The notes below the pieces were generated by a model. The model had not been told where the DNA came from and did no database searches. It saw only the letters and a list, made by a program, of their open reading frames with translations. This document shows, piece by piece, positions 7,666 to 19,463 of a DNA stretch of 64,000 bases. Source of the stretch: Phycisphaerales bacterium (lineage in GTDB: Bacteria; Planctomycetota; Phycisphaerae; Phycisphaerales; SM1A02); assembly GCA_029246705.1 (NCBI GenBank), contig JAQWMQ010000041.1, positions 142 through 64,141 on the forward strand. The letters are read 5' to 3'. A program made the translations under genes and the position numbers. How positions within the stretch are numbered: position 1 is the stretch's first letter; the number at the start of each line of letters is the position of its first letter.

Positions 7666-10593
7666 ATGACCAAGAAGAGTTGTATCAATCGATCCCGTGG
7701 TTGGGCTTCGACCTGCCTCGGCATCGCAGCGGCAGGTTCGATCGGCATTGTCGCCGGCGCCCAACAGGATCAAAGAGTGTTCGGAACGTCGGTTGATGAC
7801 AATCAGCCCGCGCGCATATCGCACATCCCTTCCGGCGGAATGGTGAGTTGTGGTAACGACGTGATCACCCTGCACGACGGCATCGGTGCCGTCCAGTGGA
7901 TGATGAACATCGACGGCTTCTATCCACAGGCCTCGATCCCCACGGCCGATGGCGGACTTGCGGTAGCAGGCAGCCTGGTCGTCGACAACGGACTTCAGTG
8001 CATGCTGGTGAAGATCACCCTCGCGGGGACGGTCGACTGGATGCACCTCTACCCCGGATACAACCTGTCCGAGGCGCTGGACCTCATCGAGGTCGGTGAC
8101 AAGGAGGGCTACCTGATCGCTCTGGAGAACCTCGACGGCAATGGCAGTCGCATTCCAATGCTGATCCGGACCAAGGCCGATGGAAACGTCATCTGGATGA
8201 ACAACTACGAGGCGCCCGGCATTCAGAATGCCATGGGTGAATTCTCGTTCGTCGAAATGGGAAGAACCGCCGACGGCGAGGTCAACTTCAACCTCACCGG
8301 AAAGCTCGGGCCCTTCCCGGGCAACATGGACACCCTCCTTGCGCGAGTCGATGCCAACGGCAACCCGATGGTCTCCCGACAGGTCGGCTTCACCGACCAC
8401 AGCGACTTCGGCCGAGGACTGACCGAGGCCAACGAAGGTGGTTACCTCGTCACCGGTTATTCCAAGCAGGCAGGAGAAGGTGGCGGTACCTACCTGATGC
8501 ACGTGGACGACAACTTCAACCTCAACTGGTACCGGTCCATGTATGGATTCCGTGGTACCAAGGAGATCTACCAGGATGCCGATTCCAATGCGCACCTGGT
8601 CGGAGCCCTGAGTTTCCCGAACCCGATCAGCAACATGTCGCTGGTCGCCGTCCACACGCCCTCGCAGTCCTACATGTGGGGCATGCAGTACGGCGGCACG
8701 GATAATGATGGCGCATCTGATTACGCGGTGACTCCGAACGGCTTCCTGATCTACGGCAGCACGCGTTCCTTCGACATCATCCCCAACCAGGACTACTACC
8801 TGGCGATGACCGACTTCGCCGGCATCAGTGGTTGCAATGAAAGCGATCTCAAGGTCGATCTGATCCCGTTCGCACCGGCGAACCCAGGTGTCCAGCTGGT
8901 AGCCGTGCCACTCCCCGAGGTTGCGCAGGAGCTTCCCGGTTGGCAGCTCATCAACTTCGTCGACCGTGACATCTGCGTGGACCCGAAACCGTGCGTCTGC
9001 GTCGACCCCCCGGCCGACATGATCGGGTGGTGGACGATGGATGAACTCGTCAACCCGACTTCGGCGGATTCGATCGCGGGCAACGACGGCATCCACATGG
9101 ATGGCGCCACACCGGCACCCGGCAAGGTTGCCAACGGCATCAAGCTCGATGGTGACATGGACTACGTCCTGGTTCTCAACGACCCGATCCTCGAAGTGCC
9201 CGCTGCCGACCAGTCCACCGGTGACGGTGACTTCTCCATCGACGCCTGGATCAAGATCGAAGACCAGGCCACTCTCGACTGGGGCGGCATCACCGACAAG
9301 CGCGACTGGGGCACCGGTCCCGGCTATTCCTTCTATGTCCACAACAGCCGGCTCCATCTCTTCATGAGTGACGGCGTCAACGTCTCCCTGCACCAGAGCG
9401 TGCAGATGCTCACCATGGGTGACTACATCCATGTCGGTGTGGCCGTCGACCGGACTGCCGGCTTCAACGTCAGGTTCATCGTGAACGGCATCGAAGACGT
9501 GGACAGCACTCCGATCTCGGTCCTGGGCAGCCTCGGCAACCCCGATGCAGACCTCTGGATCGGCGCGATGCGCTACACCTCCGCCCCGGGCACTCCCGAG
9601 GACTTCTTCACCGGGATCATCGACGAAGTCGAGATCTTCAACCGCGCCCTGGACACCTCCGAGTTCGCCGGCCTCTTCACTGCCGACGAGTGCGGCAAGT
9701 GCAAGTTCGGATGCGATGTTCCCTGGGACATTCCATTCTGTCAGTCCGACCTCAAGGTCGTGTCGACGGTCATTCTCGACAACCTCTCGCCCAATCCGAC
9801 GACCTTCGAACTCTCCTTCAACGGTATTCCCGCCCCCGGTTGCGGCAACATCGACGGTCCTTCCATGATCACCGTGATCGCCCCGAGCAACCCGGTGACG
9901 GTCGCCGGCAACACCAGCATCCCCGTCCAGATCTCGATCGAACGTCCGGCGATGATGAATTCGCTGTACGACACAGGTTGTTTCGAAGTCGTGGTGACGA
10001 ACCTCGATACCGGTTCCGTCGAGAGCTGCACCGGTTCGGTCATCGACCGCCGGGATCTCTGCCCCGATACGCCCGTCCCCAACGGACCCTGGGTGGAGAT
10101 GGTTCCCGATCGTGACATCGAGATCCAGATTCCCATCACCAACACCGGAGATCCGATCGGTGACATCCGCTGGCGTGCGGTGGTCTACGGACCCGACATG
10201 GAAGTCAGCCGCAACATCGGCGTCAACGGCAACGAACCCGGCGAATACGCCGAAGGCATGACCATCGCTCGACTGGGCGAGACCGGGACCGTGTTCCTCA
10301 AGGTGCGTGCCGATGAGTTCGAGGGACTGGACATCTCCGACCTGGTGCTCTTCACCGAGTCGGACAACCAGCTCTACCCCCTGACTTCGGTGGCCTTGCG
10401 CACGGTGCTCGAGTCCGATGCTCCCTGCGATGGCGATGTCAACGGTGACGGAGTCATCGACGGCGCAGACCTCGCGAGCCTTCTCGGTGCCTGGGGCAAG
10501 TGCGAGGGTTGTCCCGAGGACATCGACGGGAACGGCGTCGTGGACGGCGCGGATCTCGCGACGGTCCTTGGTGCCTGGGGACTCTGCCCCTGA
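7666..10593 (+). CDS. Large secreted protein: N-terminal repeat/propeller-like region, LamG (concanavalin-like) domain, Ig-like region, C-terminal dockerin-like double repeat
   Basis: ATG 7666 is preceded by GGAG (the track start 7654 is GTG). Signal peptide MTKKSCINRSRGWASTCLGIAAAGSIGIVAGAQQ. LamG hallmarks DFSIDAWIKI ... YIHVGVAVD ... FTGIIDEVEIFNRAL. Tail CDGDVNGDGVIDGADLASLLGAWGKCEGCPEDIDGNGVVDGADLATVLGAWGLCP-stop. Confidence 0.85.
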   Translation: MTKKSCINRSRGWASTCLGIAAAGSIGIVAGAQQDQRVFGTSVDDNQPARISHIPSGGMVSCGNDVITLHDGIGAVQWMMNIDGFYPQASIPTADGGLAVAGSLVVDNGLQCMLVKITLAGTVDWMHLYPGYNLSEALDLIEVGDKEGYLIALENLDGNGSRIPMLIRTKADGNVIWMNNYEAPGIQNAMGEFSFVEMGRTADGEVNFNLTGKLGPFPGNMDTLLARVDANGNPMVSRQVGFTDHSDFGRGLTEANEGGYLVTGYSKQAGEGGGTYLMHVDDNFNLNWYRSMYGFRGTKEIYQDADSNAHLVGALSFPNPISNMSLVAVHTPSQSYMWGMQYGGTDNDGASDYAVTPNGFLIYGSTRSFDIIPNQDYYLAMTDFAGISGCNESDLKVDLIPFAPANPGVQLVAVPLPEVAQELPGWQLINFVDRDICVDPKPCVCVDPPADMIGWWTMDELVNPTSADSIAGNDGIHMDGATPAPGKVANGIKLDGDMDYVLVLNDPILEVPAADQSTGDGDFSIDAWIKIEDQATLDWGGITDKRDWGTGPGYSFYVHNSRLHLFMSDGVNVSLHQSVQMLTMGDYIHVGVAVDRTAGFNVRFIVNGIEDVDSTPISVLGSLGNPDADLWIGAMRYTSAPGTPEDFFTGIIDEVEIFNRALDTSEFAGLFTADECGKCKFGCDVPWDIPFCQSDLKVVSTVILDNLSPNPTTFELSFNGIPAPGCGNIDGPSMITVIAPSNPVTVAGNTSIPVQISIERPAMMNSLYDTGCFEVVVTNLDTGSVESCTGSVIDRRDLCPDTPVPNGPWVEMVPDRDIEIQIPITNTGDPIGDIRWRAVVYGPDMEVSRNIGVNGNEPGEYAEGMTIARLGETGTVFLKVRADEFEGLDISDLVLFTESDNQLYPLTSVALRTVLESDAPCDGDVNGDGVIDGADLASLLGAWGKCEGCPEDIDGNGVVDGADLATVLGAWGLCP

Positions 10594-10626
10594 TTTTTCC
10601 TGCAGACTCCCTCTGTGACTGTTTTC

Positions 10627-10668
10627 AAGACAGATCCCCCGATCTTTGATCGGGGGATCTTGTCTTTT
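10627..10668 (+). terminator. Rho-independent terminator after the LamG/dockerin gene
   Basis: AAGACAGATCCCCCGATC / TTT / GATCGGGGGATCTTGTCTT forms an 18-bp stem with one bulged T, running into TTTTGCG, 34 nt after the stop codon. Confidence 0.7.
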
Positions 10669-10730
10669 GCGAAAAGTGGTTTAGGCTCATGAAGGCTAGG
10701 CCGGTCGCTTGTGACATAAGAGGAAACCCC

Positions 10731-11285
10731 ATGAACCTGAAATTCACAACACGTGCGTGCGTCGTCTCCATGATCACGATCGGATGCGGCACGACCCTGC
10801 TCAGTGCTGATCTCTTCCAGCTCGACATCGAGTTCCAGTCCGACGCCATCGACTGGTCCGGCGAACCGGTTCACTTCTCAGCGCTTGTCGATGGAACGGA
10901 CGATACCCACCCCGAGGAACCGTGGGAGAGCTTCTCCATTCTCGACGCGGGCCCCTGGGAACTGAGTACGTCGAACCCGCTGCTCACCCTGACCGGCTCG
11001 GATGTCTGGCTTGCCTACGGGCCGACGTACGGATGGGGGGGCATGTCCCTCGAGATCGCCGATGCCGTCAATCCGGATCAGATCGTCGCGCTGGACTGGG
11101 TCTTCAGCGGCCCCGAGTGGAACCATGACTCGATCAGCGGTGATGGGATCGGCCAGGTCTACTTCGCCGATGGGGGCTCAGCCGAACTCTCCATCAACAG
11201 CTGGACGGTGACGCTCGTGCCCGCGCCGAGCGGGTTGCTCGGACTGCTGCTCCTGCCCGGGGCAATCCGGCGCAGACGGTTCTGA
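10731..11285 (+). CDS. Small secreted protein with PEP-CTERM-like sorting tail
   Basis: ATG 10731 is preceded by AGAGGAAA. Signal peptide MNLKFTTRACVVSMITIGCGTTLLSA. The C-terminus VPAPSGLLGLLLLPGAIRRRRF-stop has the P-x-P motif + TM helix + Arg cluster layout of PEP-CTERM. Confidence 0.65.
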   Translation: MNLKFTTRACVVSMITIGCGTTLLSADLFQLDIEFQSDAIDWSGEPVHFSALVDGTDDTHPEEPWESFSILDAGPWELSTSNPLLTLTGSDVWLAYGPTYGWGGMSLEIADAVNPDQIVALDWVFSGPEWNHDSISGDGIGQVYFADGGSAELSINSWTVTLVPAPSGLLGLLLLPGAIRRRRF

Positions 11286-11362
11286 ACGGAACCGACCCAA
11301 GCATGATCGTCCAATATCAGTCAGAATGAGTGCATGTCCCGAACCAGTCATGGGAGTGCCTG

Positions 11363-12460
11363 ATGGATACCCTTCGCCTCATGTTGCGCAAGGAATGGTC
11401 GCTGTTGCTGAGCTACGGATCGCTCATTGCGATCCTGCTCGCCTCGGAACAGCTTTTCGGGAACCTGGACACCGGCACCAGAATCGGTGTGATGTTCGGC
11501 TGGCTGTTCGTCGTGATCCTGCTCTCCGCCTTTTCCGTGGTCCACCACGCGGAAAGTCTCGCGCAGAAGCTTGGTGAACCCTACGGCACGCTGATCCTCA
11601 CCATCTCGGTCATCGGGCTCGAGGCGATCATGATCGCGACGGTCATGCTCACCAAGGAAGAGAACCCGAAGATGGCACGCGACACCATGTATGGTGTGCT
11701 GATGATCGTCTTGAACGGTCTCTTCGGCCTGTCGGTCCTGATCGGGGCATGGAAGCGCAGGTTCCAGTCATTCAACGTGCAGAGTTCCGACACCTATGTC
11801 GGTTGCCTGATCGTCCTGGTCGGTGTCGGTCTGTTTCTCCCGGCTTTCGTGCCCGAGAAGTCGATCTTCATGTTCGAGATCTACCTGATCGCCATCTGTT
11901 CCGTCCTCTACGGGATCTTCCTCTGGGTCCAGACCCGTGAGCACCGCGGCTTCTTCGAATTCACCCTTCCCGGTGGCGAGGAGGTCGAGGATGGTCATCC
12001 CGAATCACCCTTCGGAATCGGCTACCACGTCGCCCTGTTGATCATCACCCTGGTTCCCATCGTGATCCTCGCCAAGCAGCTTTCGGTCGTGATGTACGCG
12101 GGGCTTGCGAATCTGGGGGCACCCGACGCACTTGCGGGTCTGGTGGTCGCGATCCTCATCCTTGCACCGGAGGGCCTTGCGGCGGTCAATGCCGCTCGGC
12201 ACAACAACCTGCAGCGAGCACTCAACATCTGCCTCGGATCCGGTCTGGCGACCATCGGCCTGACGATCCCCGTGGTGTTGATCATCGGAATGATTTACGA
12301 CATGGAGTTGATCCTCGGACTCGAGCCGGAGGAGATGGTCCTGGTCGGCTTGAGTATCCTGCTGCTCATGGTGAATCTGGGCAAGGGGCAGACCAATGCC
12401 TTCAAGGGCGTCCTGCATCTCGTACTCTTCGGAAGCTACGTCGTCTTCGTCTTCGCCTGA
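11363..12460 (+). CDS. Ca2+/H+ antiporter-like membrane transporter (ChaA/CaCA family)
   Basis: About 365 aa and about 10-11 TM helices, in two internally similar halves (GEPYGTLILTISVIGLEAIMI / LAGLVVAILILAPEGLAAV). ATG 11363 is preceded by GGGAG. Confidence 0.65.
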   Translation: MDTLRLMLRKEWSLLLSYGSLIAILLASEQLFGNLDTGTRIGVMFGWLFVVILLSAFSVVHHAESLAQKLGEPYGTLILTISVIGLEAIMIATVMLTKEENPKMARDTMYGVLMIVLNGLFGLSVLIGAWKRRFQSFNVQSSDTYVGCLIVLVGVGLFLPAFVPEKSIFMFEIYLIAICSVLYGIFLWVQTREHRGFFEFTLPGGEEVEDGHPESPFGIGYHVALLIITLVPIVILAKQLSVVMYAGLANLGAPDALAGLVVAILILAPEGLAAVNAARHNNLQRALNICLGSGLATIGLTIPVVLIIGMIYDMELILGLEPEEMVLVGLSILLLMVNLGKGQTNAFKGVLHLVLFGSYVVFVFA

Positions 12461-12530
12461 CTCATCGCTCGTTCAGTTCCTGCATCGCCACCACCAGACT
12501 CCGTCTTGTTTTCGTACTGGAGATACCACC

Positions 12531-13238
12531 ATGCCCGACTTCTCGATCGAAGGATCCACCGACCCCTTTCTGGCCGTCCAGCTCGATCAGGGTGAGACGG
12601 TTTTCGCCGAAGGCGGAGCCATGGCGGCCATGGAGGACACCATCGACCTGACCGGCAAGGCTCGCGGCGGTTTTCTGAAGTCGGTCGCACGGGCCGCGAC
12701 CACCGGGGAGTCCTTCTTCATGCAGCACGCGACGGCGGCTCGTGGTGCGGGGCGAATGCTCTTCGCGCCAAGCCATCCGGGTGAAGTCCGGATCATCGAG
12801 GTCATGAACGATGCATGGTCCCTGACCGATGGTGCCTTCCTCTGTGCGGAAGAGTCACTCGAGGTCGCCACCAAGCGAAACAAGAGCATCAGTGGCTCGT
12901 TCTTCGGCGGTACGGGCGGCTTCTTCATCATGACCGTCTCCGGAACCGGGACCCTCGCGGTCTCCGCGCTGGGTGCGATCCAGGAGATGCCCATTCCTCC
13001 CGGTGGCGAGCTGGTGGTCGACAGCGGCCATGTCGTGGCCTGGCCGAGCACGGCCGAGATGTCCGCGTCACTGTCCACCGGTCAGAAGGGCGGCATGCTC
13101 GGGAAGATGGTCGGTTCCGTGAAGACCGGAGAGGGCGTCGTCCTCAGGTTCAAGGGACGCGGGCCGATCCTGGTCGCCTCTCGTGCCCAGCCGGCCTTCA
13201 TCGGGTGGCTGTCCAGCCGCATGCCCAGTTCCAGCTGA
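12531..13238 (+). CDS. AIM24/DUF124 (TIGR00266-like) family protein
   Basis: MPDFSIEGSTDPFLAVQLDQGETVFAEGGAMAAMEDTIDL...TGESFFMQHA follows the family pattern. ATG 12531 is preceded by GGAGA. The track ORF (12396) carries a spurious extension overlapping the antiporter gene. Confidence 0.75.
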   Translation: MPDFSIEGSTDPFLAVQLDQGETVFAEGGAMAAMEDTIDLTGKARGGFLKSVARAATTGESFFMQHATAARGAGRMLFAPSHPGEVRIIEVMNDAWSLTDGAFLCAEESLEVATKRNKSISGSFFGGTGGFFIMTVSGTGTLAVSALGAIQEMPIPPGGELVVDSGHVVAWPSTAEMSASLSTGQKGGMLGKMVGSVKTGEGVVLRFKGRGPILVASRAQPAFIGWLSSRMPSSS

Positions 13239-13250
13239 TCCCCGGGCGGT

Positions 13251-14231
13251 TCAGCCGTCGCGTTCGATCTTGCTCAGCCTGCCGGTCGCGTTCCAGTCGC
13301 TCACGTAGAGGTTGCCGTCCTTGTCGAGGCAGCATCCATGTGGCGCGGTGAAGACTCCGTCGATCCAGTCGGCCTCGGGAACGCCGTTTCGCGCCCATTG
13401 GCTCTTGTCGGGGTTGTCTCCGACATGGGCCACGACGTTGAAGTCCTTGTCAAGGATGGTGACGCGTCCCTCGAGTTCCGCGATCGCGACCTCGTCACCC
13501 ACGATGCTCATCGCGCAGGGTCGACGCAGGTCGGTGGCGGGGATGTCGACGAAGGTGCCGTCGAGCGTGAACCTCTGGATGCGACGGTTCTCCCGGTCGC
13601 AGACCAGGAGCATCGGGGTCGAACCCCTGGTGTCGATCGCGCATCCGTGACAGGTCTGGAACCTGCCGGGGTCGGTGCCGCGGCCGCCGAAGGACTTTCG
13701 GTAGGTGAGGTCCGGTCCGAACGCGTGCACCCAGTTCCGTCCGTAGCCGTCGACCACGAAGATCGTCCCGTCGGGTGCGACCGCCACGCCGGTCGGGTTG
13801 TAGGCGGCGGGGTTGTCGTCATACTTGCCCGATTCCATCGGAACGCCGAGCGCCCAGACCAGGGTGCCGTCGAGGCGCAACTTGAGGACCTGCTTGCCGG
13901 CGAGGTGGGCTGCATAGATGTATTCGACCCCGTTCTCCTCGCGAATGGCCATTCCGTGGATTCCGGGGTAGGAACCGGCAAGTGCCCGTACGAACGTGCC
14001 GTCCGGCCGGTGCACGACGATCGCTCTCGACGTGTCCGTGTTCGAGTAGATCAGGCCTTCGCGGTCGATCACCACGCCACCGTGGGTGTTGCCGAGAGTT
14101 CCGGTGTCCTCGCCACGGGCGAAACCGGCCACGGGTGTCCAGCCTTCGTCACCCGGGGGGTCTGCGGTGACGGTGGTGCAGGTTCCGGCGAGGATCAGGA
14201 TGCTGATGATGCTGCGTAGTGTTGTAGTCAT
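13251..14231 (-). CDS. Secreted NHL-repeat / six-bladed beta-propeller protein (peptidyl-alpha-hydroxyglycine lyase-like fold)
   Basis: Signal peptide MTTTLRSIISILILAGTCTTVTA. Repeated blades with P-x-G-[VIA]-A-[VI]-D/x-x-G-x-[IL]-[YF]-V-x-D patterns (PTGVAVAPDGTIFVVD, PHGCCLDKDGNLYVSD, RRIQRFTLDG). Confidence 0.7.
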   Translation of the reverse strand: MTTTLRSIISILILAGTCTTVTADPPGDEGWTPVAGFARGEDTGTLGNTHGGVVIDREGLIYSNTDTSRAIVVHRPDGTFVRALAGSYPGIHGMAIREENGVEYIYAAHLAGKQVLKLRLDGTLVWALGVPMESGKYDDNPAAYNPTGVAVAPDGTIFVVDGYGRNWVHAFGPDLTYRKSFGGRGTDPGRFQTCHGCAIDTRGSTPMLLVCDRENRRIQRFTLDGTFVDIPATDLRRPCAMSIVGDEVAIAELEGRVTILDKDFNVVAHVGDNPDKSQWARNGVPEADWIDGVFTAPHGCCLDKDGNLYVSDWNATGRLSKIERDG

Positions 14232-14277
14232 GGTTCTCCGACTGTATCCGCTTGAAACAACGCTCGCATGAAAGAAC

Positions 14278-14303
14278 GACCACCGGCTGCTCGGCCGGTG
14301 GTC
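14278..14303 (-). terminator. Probable terminator hairpin downstream of zwf
   Basis: Perfect 10-bp GC-rich stem GACCACCGGC / 6-nt loop / GCCGGTGGTC, 30 nt after the zwf stop. On the minus strand it is followed by GTTCTTTCAT, a modest U-rich tail. Confidence 0.5.
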
Positions 14304-14332
14304 GTCGGTGCATTCGTGGTTTCCAGGAAGGG

Positions 14333-15778
14333 TCAGGCGGGCATGTCGGAGGCGGGTCCCATCGGCTCGATCCAGCCGCCGTATTCCTTGATCATCTTGT
14401 CCGCGAGATCGGGTCCCATGGTGCCCGGCTTGTAGACGTGCACCGGGCCCGGGTTATCGAGCACGCGGGCCAGGGCGGTCCAGGTGCCTTCGATGATCTT
14501 CTGGGTGGCGAAACGCGTGGCGTTTCCATCGAGGGCATCGCCGAGCAGCTGTTCGTAGGGGAGTTTCTCCTCGCCCAGTGCCTCGCTGAAGTCGACGTTG
14601 AGCACCACGGCCTTCGAGGCCATCTTCGAAGCCGGGTCGAGGGCCTGGACCTTCATCTGCACCCCGTCGTTGTGACCAAGTCGGAAGCGAAGCTGGTTTC
14701 GTTCAGGGTCGGGGCAGCCGGTCTCGGTGAAGAGCCGCAGCGGCGGTCGCCTGAACACCACGATCGCCTCGGTGGCGGTGTCGGCGAGATTCTTGCCGGC
14801 ACGGATGAAGAAGGGCACGCCGGCCCAGCGCCAGGAATCGATGTGCACCTTGAGTGCGACGAAGGTCTCGGTCTCCGAGTTGGGTGCCACGCCATCGACG
14901 TCGAGGTACCCCTCGTACTGGCCTCGCACGTAGTCCTCGGTCTGGATGGGGCGCATCGACTGGAAGACCTCCAGCTGCTGGGCGTGGATGGCGTCCGGTT
15001 CGGACTTCGACGGGGGGTCCATGGCCAGAAGGCCGATGACCTGCATGATGTGGTTCTGGATGACGTCCTTGAGTGCGCCCACCTTGTCGTAGAACGAGCC
15101 GCGATCCGAGACGTCGAAGGACTCCGACATGGTGATCTGGATGCTCTCGATGTTGGCGTTGTTCCAGAGCGGTTCGAACATGCGGTTGGCGAATCGCCAG
15201 ACCATGATGTCCTGGACCGCATTCTTGCCGAGGTAGTGGTCGATTCGGTAGAGCTGATCGTCGTTCAACAGCTTGGAGAGTTCGGCATAGAGTTCGACCG
15301 CGGACTCATAGTCGTGTCCGAAGGGTTTTTCGATGACGACTCGTGCGTCCTTGGTCAGGCCCGCCTGGTGCAGCCCCTGCACGGTGGTGAGGAAGAGGCC
15401 CGGTGGGATCTCGAGGTAGAAGAGCGGGAACTTGGAGCTCCCGAGCGCTTCCTTGACCCGTTCGTAGGTGTCGGGCTTGGTGTAGTCACCCTGGACGAAG
15501 TGCATGCGTTCCGCCATGCTCTTCCAGATCGACTCGTCGATCTCGGTTCCCGTCGCTTCGATCGCCGCACGGGCGTTCTTGCGCAGGGTCTCGTCGTCCC
15601 AGTCACTGAATGCCACGCCGATGATCGGCATGTTCAGGAGGTTTCGCCTGCACAGGTGGTACAGCGAAACGAAGGTCATCTTCTTGGCGAGGTCTCCCGA
15701 TGCGCCGAAGAGCACGATGGCATCGTTCTTGGTGGTGGTCTCGGATGAGGATTCCTGGGCTGTGGTTGTTGCAGTCAT
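14333..15778 (-). CDS. zwf: Glucose-6-phosphate 1-dehydrogenase
   Basis: NADP-binding N-terminus IVLFGASGDLAKKM and the active-site nonapeptide RIDHYLGKN. ATG 15778 is preceded by AGGAAG; the track start 15817 is a TTG. Confidence 0.93.
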   Translation of the reverse strand: MTATTTAQESSSETTTKNDAIVLFGASGDLAKKMTFVSLYHLCRRNLLNMPIIGVAFSDWDDETLRKNARAAIEATGTEIDESIWKSMAERMHFVQGDYTKPDTYERVKEALGSSKFPLFYLEIPPGLFLTTVQGLHQAGLTKDARVVIEKPFGHDYESAVELYAELSKLLNDDQLYRIDHYLGKNAVQDIMVWRFANRMFEPLWNNANIESIQITMSESFDVSDRGSFYDKVGALKDVIQNHIMQVIGLLAMDPPSKSEPDAIHAQQLEVFQSMRPIQTEDYVRGQYEGYLDVDGVAPNSETETFVALKVHIDSWRWAGVPFFIRAGKNLADTATEAIVVFRRPPLRLFTETGCPDPERNQLRFRLGHNDGVQMKVQALDPASKMASKAVVLNVDFSEALGEEKLPYEQLLGDALDGNATRFATQKIIEGTWTALARVLDNPGPVHVYKPGTMGPDLADKMIKEYGGWIEPMGPASDMPA

Positions 15779-15841
15779 CTTCTTCCTGTCTCGTCTTCGA
15801 AAGGGGCTTGAATTCAAGCTGAACGGTATCAGAATCCGTGA

Positions 15842-16684
15842 TCAGGCGAGAAACGAACGTACCGTCTGGTTGAAGTGGATCGGGTTCTCGAGAAACATGA
15901 AGTGGTGGCCGCCTTCCTCTTCCTCGAAGAGGCAGAAACGGGAGTCCGGAATCTGCTGGTGGATCCACTTTTGCCCCTGCCAGGGCGACTTGCTGGCCCT
16001 GCCCGCGAAGATCAGGGTCGGCAACTTGATCCTCTTGATGGTCTCCGTCCAGTCCTGGCTGCTGTGGTTGTAAAGAAGTTCGGCTGCGGCGGTTCTCGGC
16101 ATCTTCAGGTTCTCCTGAATGACCCATTCCTGCTCGGCTTCCTCGATCATCGGGCTCATCAGGTTTCGAATGAACTCGTCGGTGGTCTTGACGCCGTCCG
16201 GCCCGGCGAGGTCGTTGCATGCCTGCCACAGCTTCTCCGAGGTGAACATGGCACCCTTTTCCAGTCGCTGTTGCTCGGTCCATGCGGGGTTGATCGTCAG
16301 CATCGTCGGCTCGTCGACGATGATCAGCTTCTCCAGGCGTTCAGTGCCGAAGAGCTGCAGGTATGCCCAGATCACCGAATTTCCCATGGAATGACCCAAC
16401 AGGGTCACTTCTTCGAGTTCAAGTTCCGCGAGCAGCTCATGCAGGTCCTTCGCCAGGCGTTGGATCGTGTAGCCCCAGGTGACGTTCTCGCTGTCGCCGT
16501 GTCCGCGAGGATCGAGTGCGATCACCCGGCATGCATTCCCGAGGCCCTGGAGCTGGTGCTTGTACATCATCGCGGTCTGGGACCATCCCGGAATCATCAC
16601 CAGCGGTTTCCCGCTGCCTGCGCTCAGCAGGTTGAGGCCGGCGCCGTCACTGGTCTGGAAGCGAAGCTGTTGGAATTCCGTCAT
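15842..16684 (-). CDS. Alpha/beta-fold hydrolase
   Basis: 280 aa, with nucleophile elbow GHSMGN and oxyanion-region LVMIPGWSQT. 24 nt upstream of zwf on the same strand. Confidence 0.8.
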   Translation of the reverse strand: MTEFQQLRFQTSDGAGLNLLSAGSGKPLVMIPGWSQTAMMYKHQLQGLGNACRVIALDPRGHGDSENVTWGYTIQRLAKDLHELLAELELEEVTLLGHSMGNSVIWAYLQLFGTERLEKLIIVDEPTMLTINPAWTEQQRLEKGAMFTSEKLWQACNDLAGPDGVKTTDEFIRNLMSPMIEEAEQEWVIQENLKMPRTAAAELLYNHSSQDWTETIKRIKLPTLIFAGRASKSPWQGQKWIHQQIPDSRFCLFEEEEGGHHFMFLENPIHFNQTVRSFLA

Positions 16685-16756
16685 TGTTCATCTTTCCTCG
16701 AGGGGACTTGGAGCGACATGGTACGACCAAGTCGTGGCTCCTGATACCATCGGGAC

Positions 16757-17485
16757 ATGCCCAGAAGACTTGCCGACGTGAAATTGCTTCTCATTCAGAT
16801 CCGTGCGGAGAAGATCGCCGCGGTCCACGAGCGTCAGTGCGTGCTCGAGATGACCGGACTGGACCTGACCCAGCTCGATTCGGTCAATGTCACGTCGGTC
16901 GAGAATGTCCCTGCCGAGCGATATGACGCGGCGGATGCCGTGATGATCGGCGGTTCCGGCTCGAACTCCGTCGCGAACGACGATCCGTTCACCCCCTGGT
17001 TGATCGATGACGTCAAGCGACTCGTCGACCGCGAGGTGCCACTGCTCGGATCATGCTGGGGGCATCAGTTCATCGCTCGTGCCCTGGGTGGTGAGGTCAT
17101 CCATGACCCCGTCAAGGGCGAAGTCGGCGTGCTCGAGGCCCATGTGACCGCCGCGGCTTCCGATGACCCGGTCTTCGATCATCTGCCCTCGGCATTTCCG
17201 GTACTCATGGGTCACCATGACCGGGTCGTGACCCTGCCGCCCGGGGCGATCGAGATGGCGTATTCCGACCTCTCCAGGAACCAGGCGTTCAAGATGGACG
17301 GCCTGCCCGTCTACGGCACCCAGTTCCACACCGAGATGACACCCGACCAGCTCGTCGAGCGTCTCTCCCAGTTCCGCCAGTACATGCCCGACGACGATGA
17401 ATTCGAACAGATGAAGTCCAGGATCAGGCCGACGACCGAGGCTTCGCGAATCCTGCCACGCTTCCTCGAGATGCTCTGCAGTTGA
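16757..17485 (+). CDS. Class I glutamine amidotransferase-like protein
   Basis: Nucleophile-elbow context PLLGSCWGHQF and late-His context TQFHTE, typical of GATase1 (GuaA-N-like) proteins. Confidence 0.8.
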   Translation: MPRRLADVKLLLIQIRAEKIAAVHERQCVLEMTGLDLTQLDSVNVTSVENVPAERYDAADAVMIGGSGSNSVANDDPFTPWLIDDVKRLVDREVPLLGSCWGHQFIARALGGEVIHDPVKGEVGVLEAHVTAAASDDPVFDHLPSAFPVLMGHHDRVVTLPPGAIEMAYSDLSRNQAFKMDGLPVYGTQFHTEMTPDQLVERLSQFRQYMPDDDEFEQMKSRIRPTTEASRILPRFLEMLCS

Positions 17486-17528
17486 CCTTCACAGGCCTTG
17501 CCGATTCTCTTCATGAAGGATCCTGACA

Positions 17529-19448
<1,920 letters not shown>

Positions 19449-19463
19449 CTTTCGGCGGTTCCA

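Noticed and set aside
7246-9432. 728-aa minus-strand ORF
   Set aside because: It is antisense to the LamG/dockerin gene and spans the intergenic region. Its His/Asp/Val-rich translation matches the mirror of GC-rich codons, and no motif is present.
14252-15748. 498-aa plus-strand ORF
   Set aside because: It is antisense to zwf, which is unambiguous (RIDHYLGKN).
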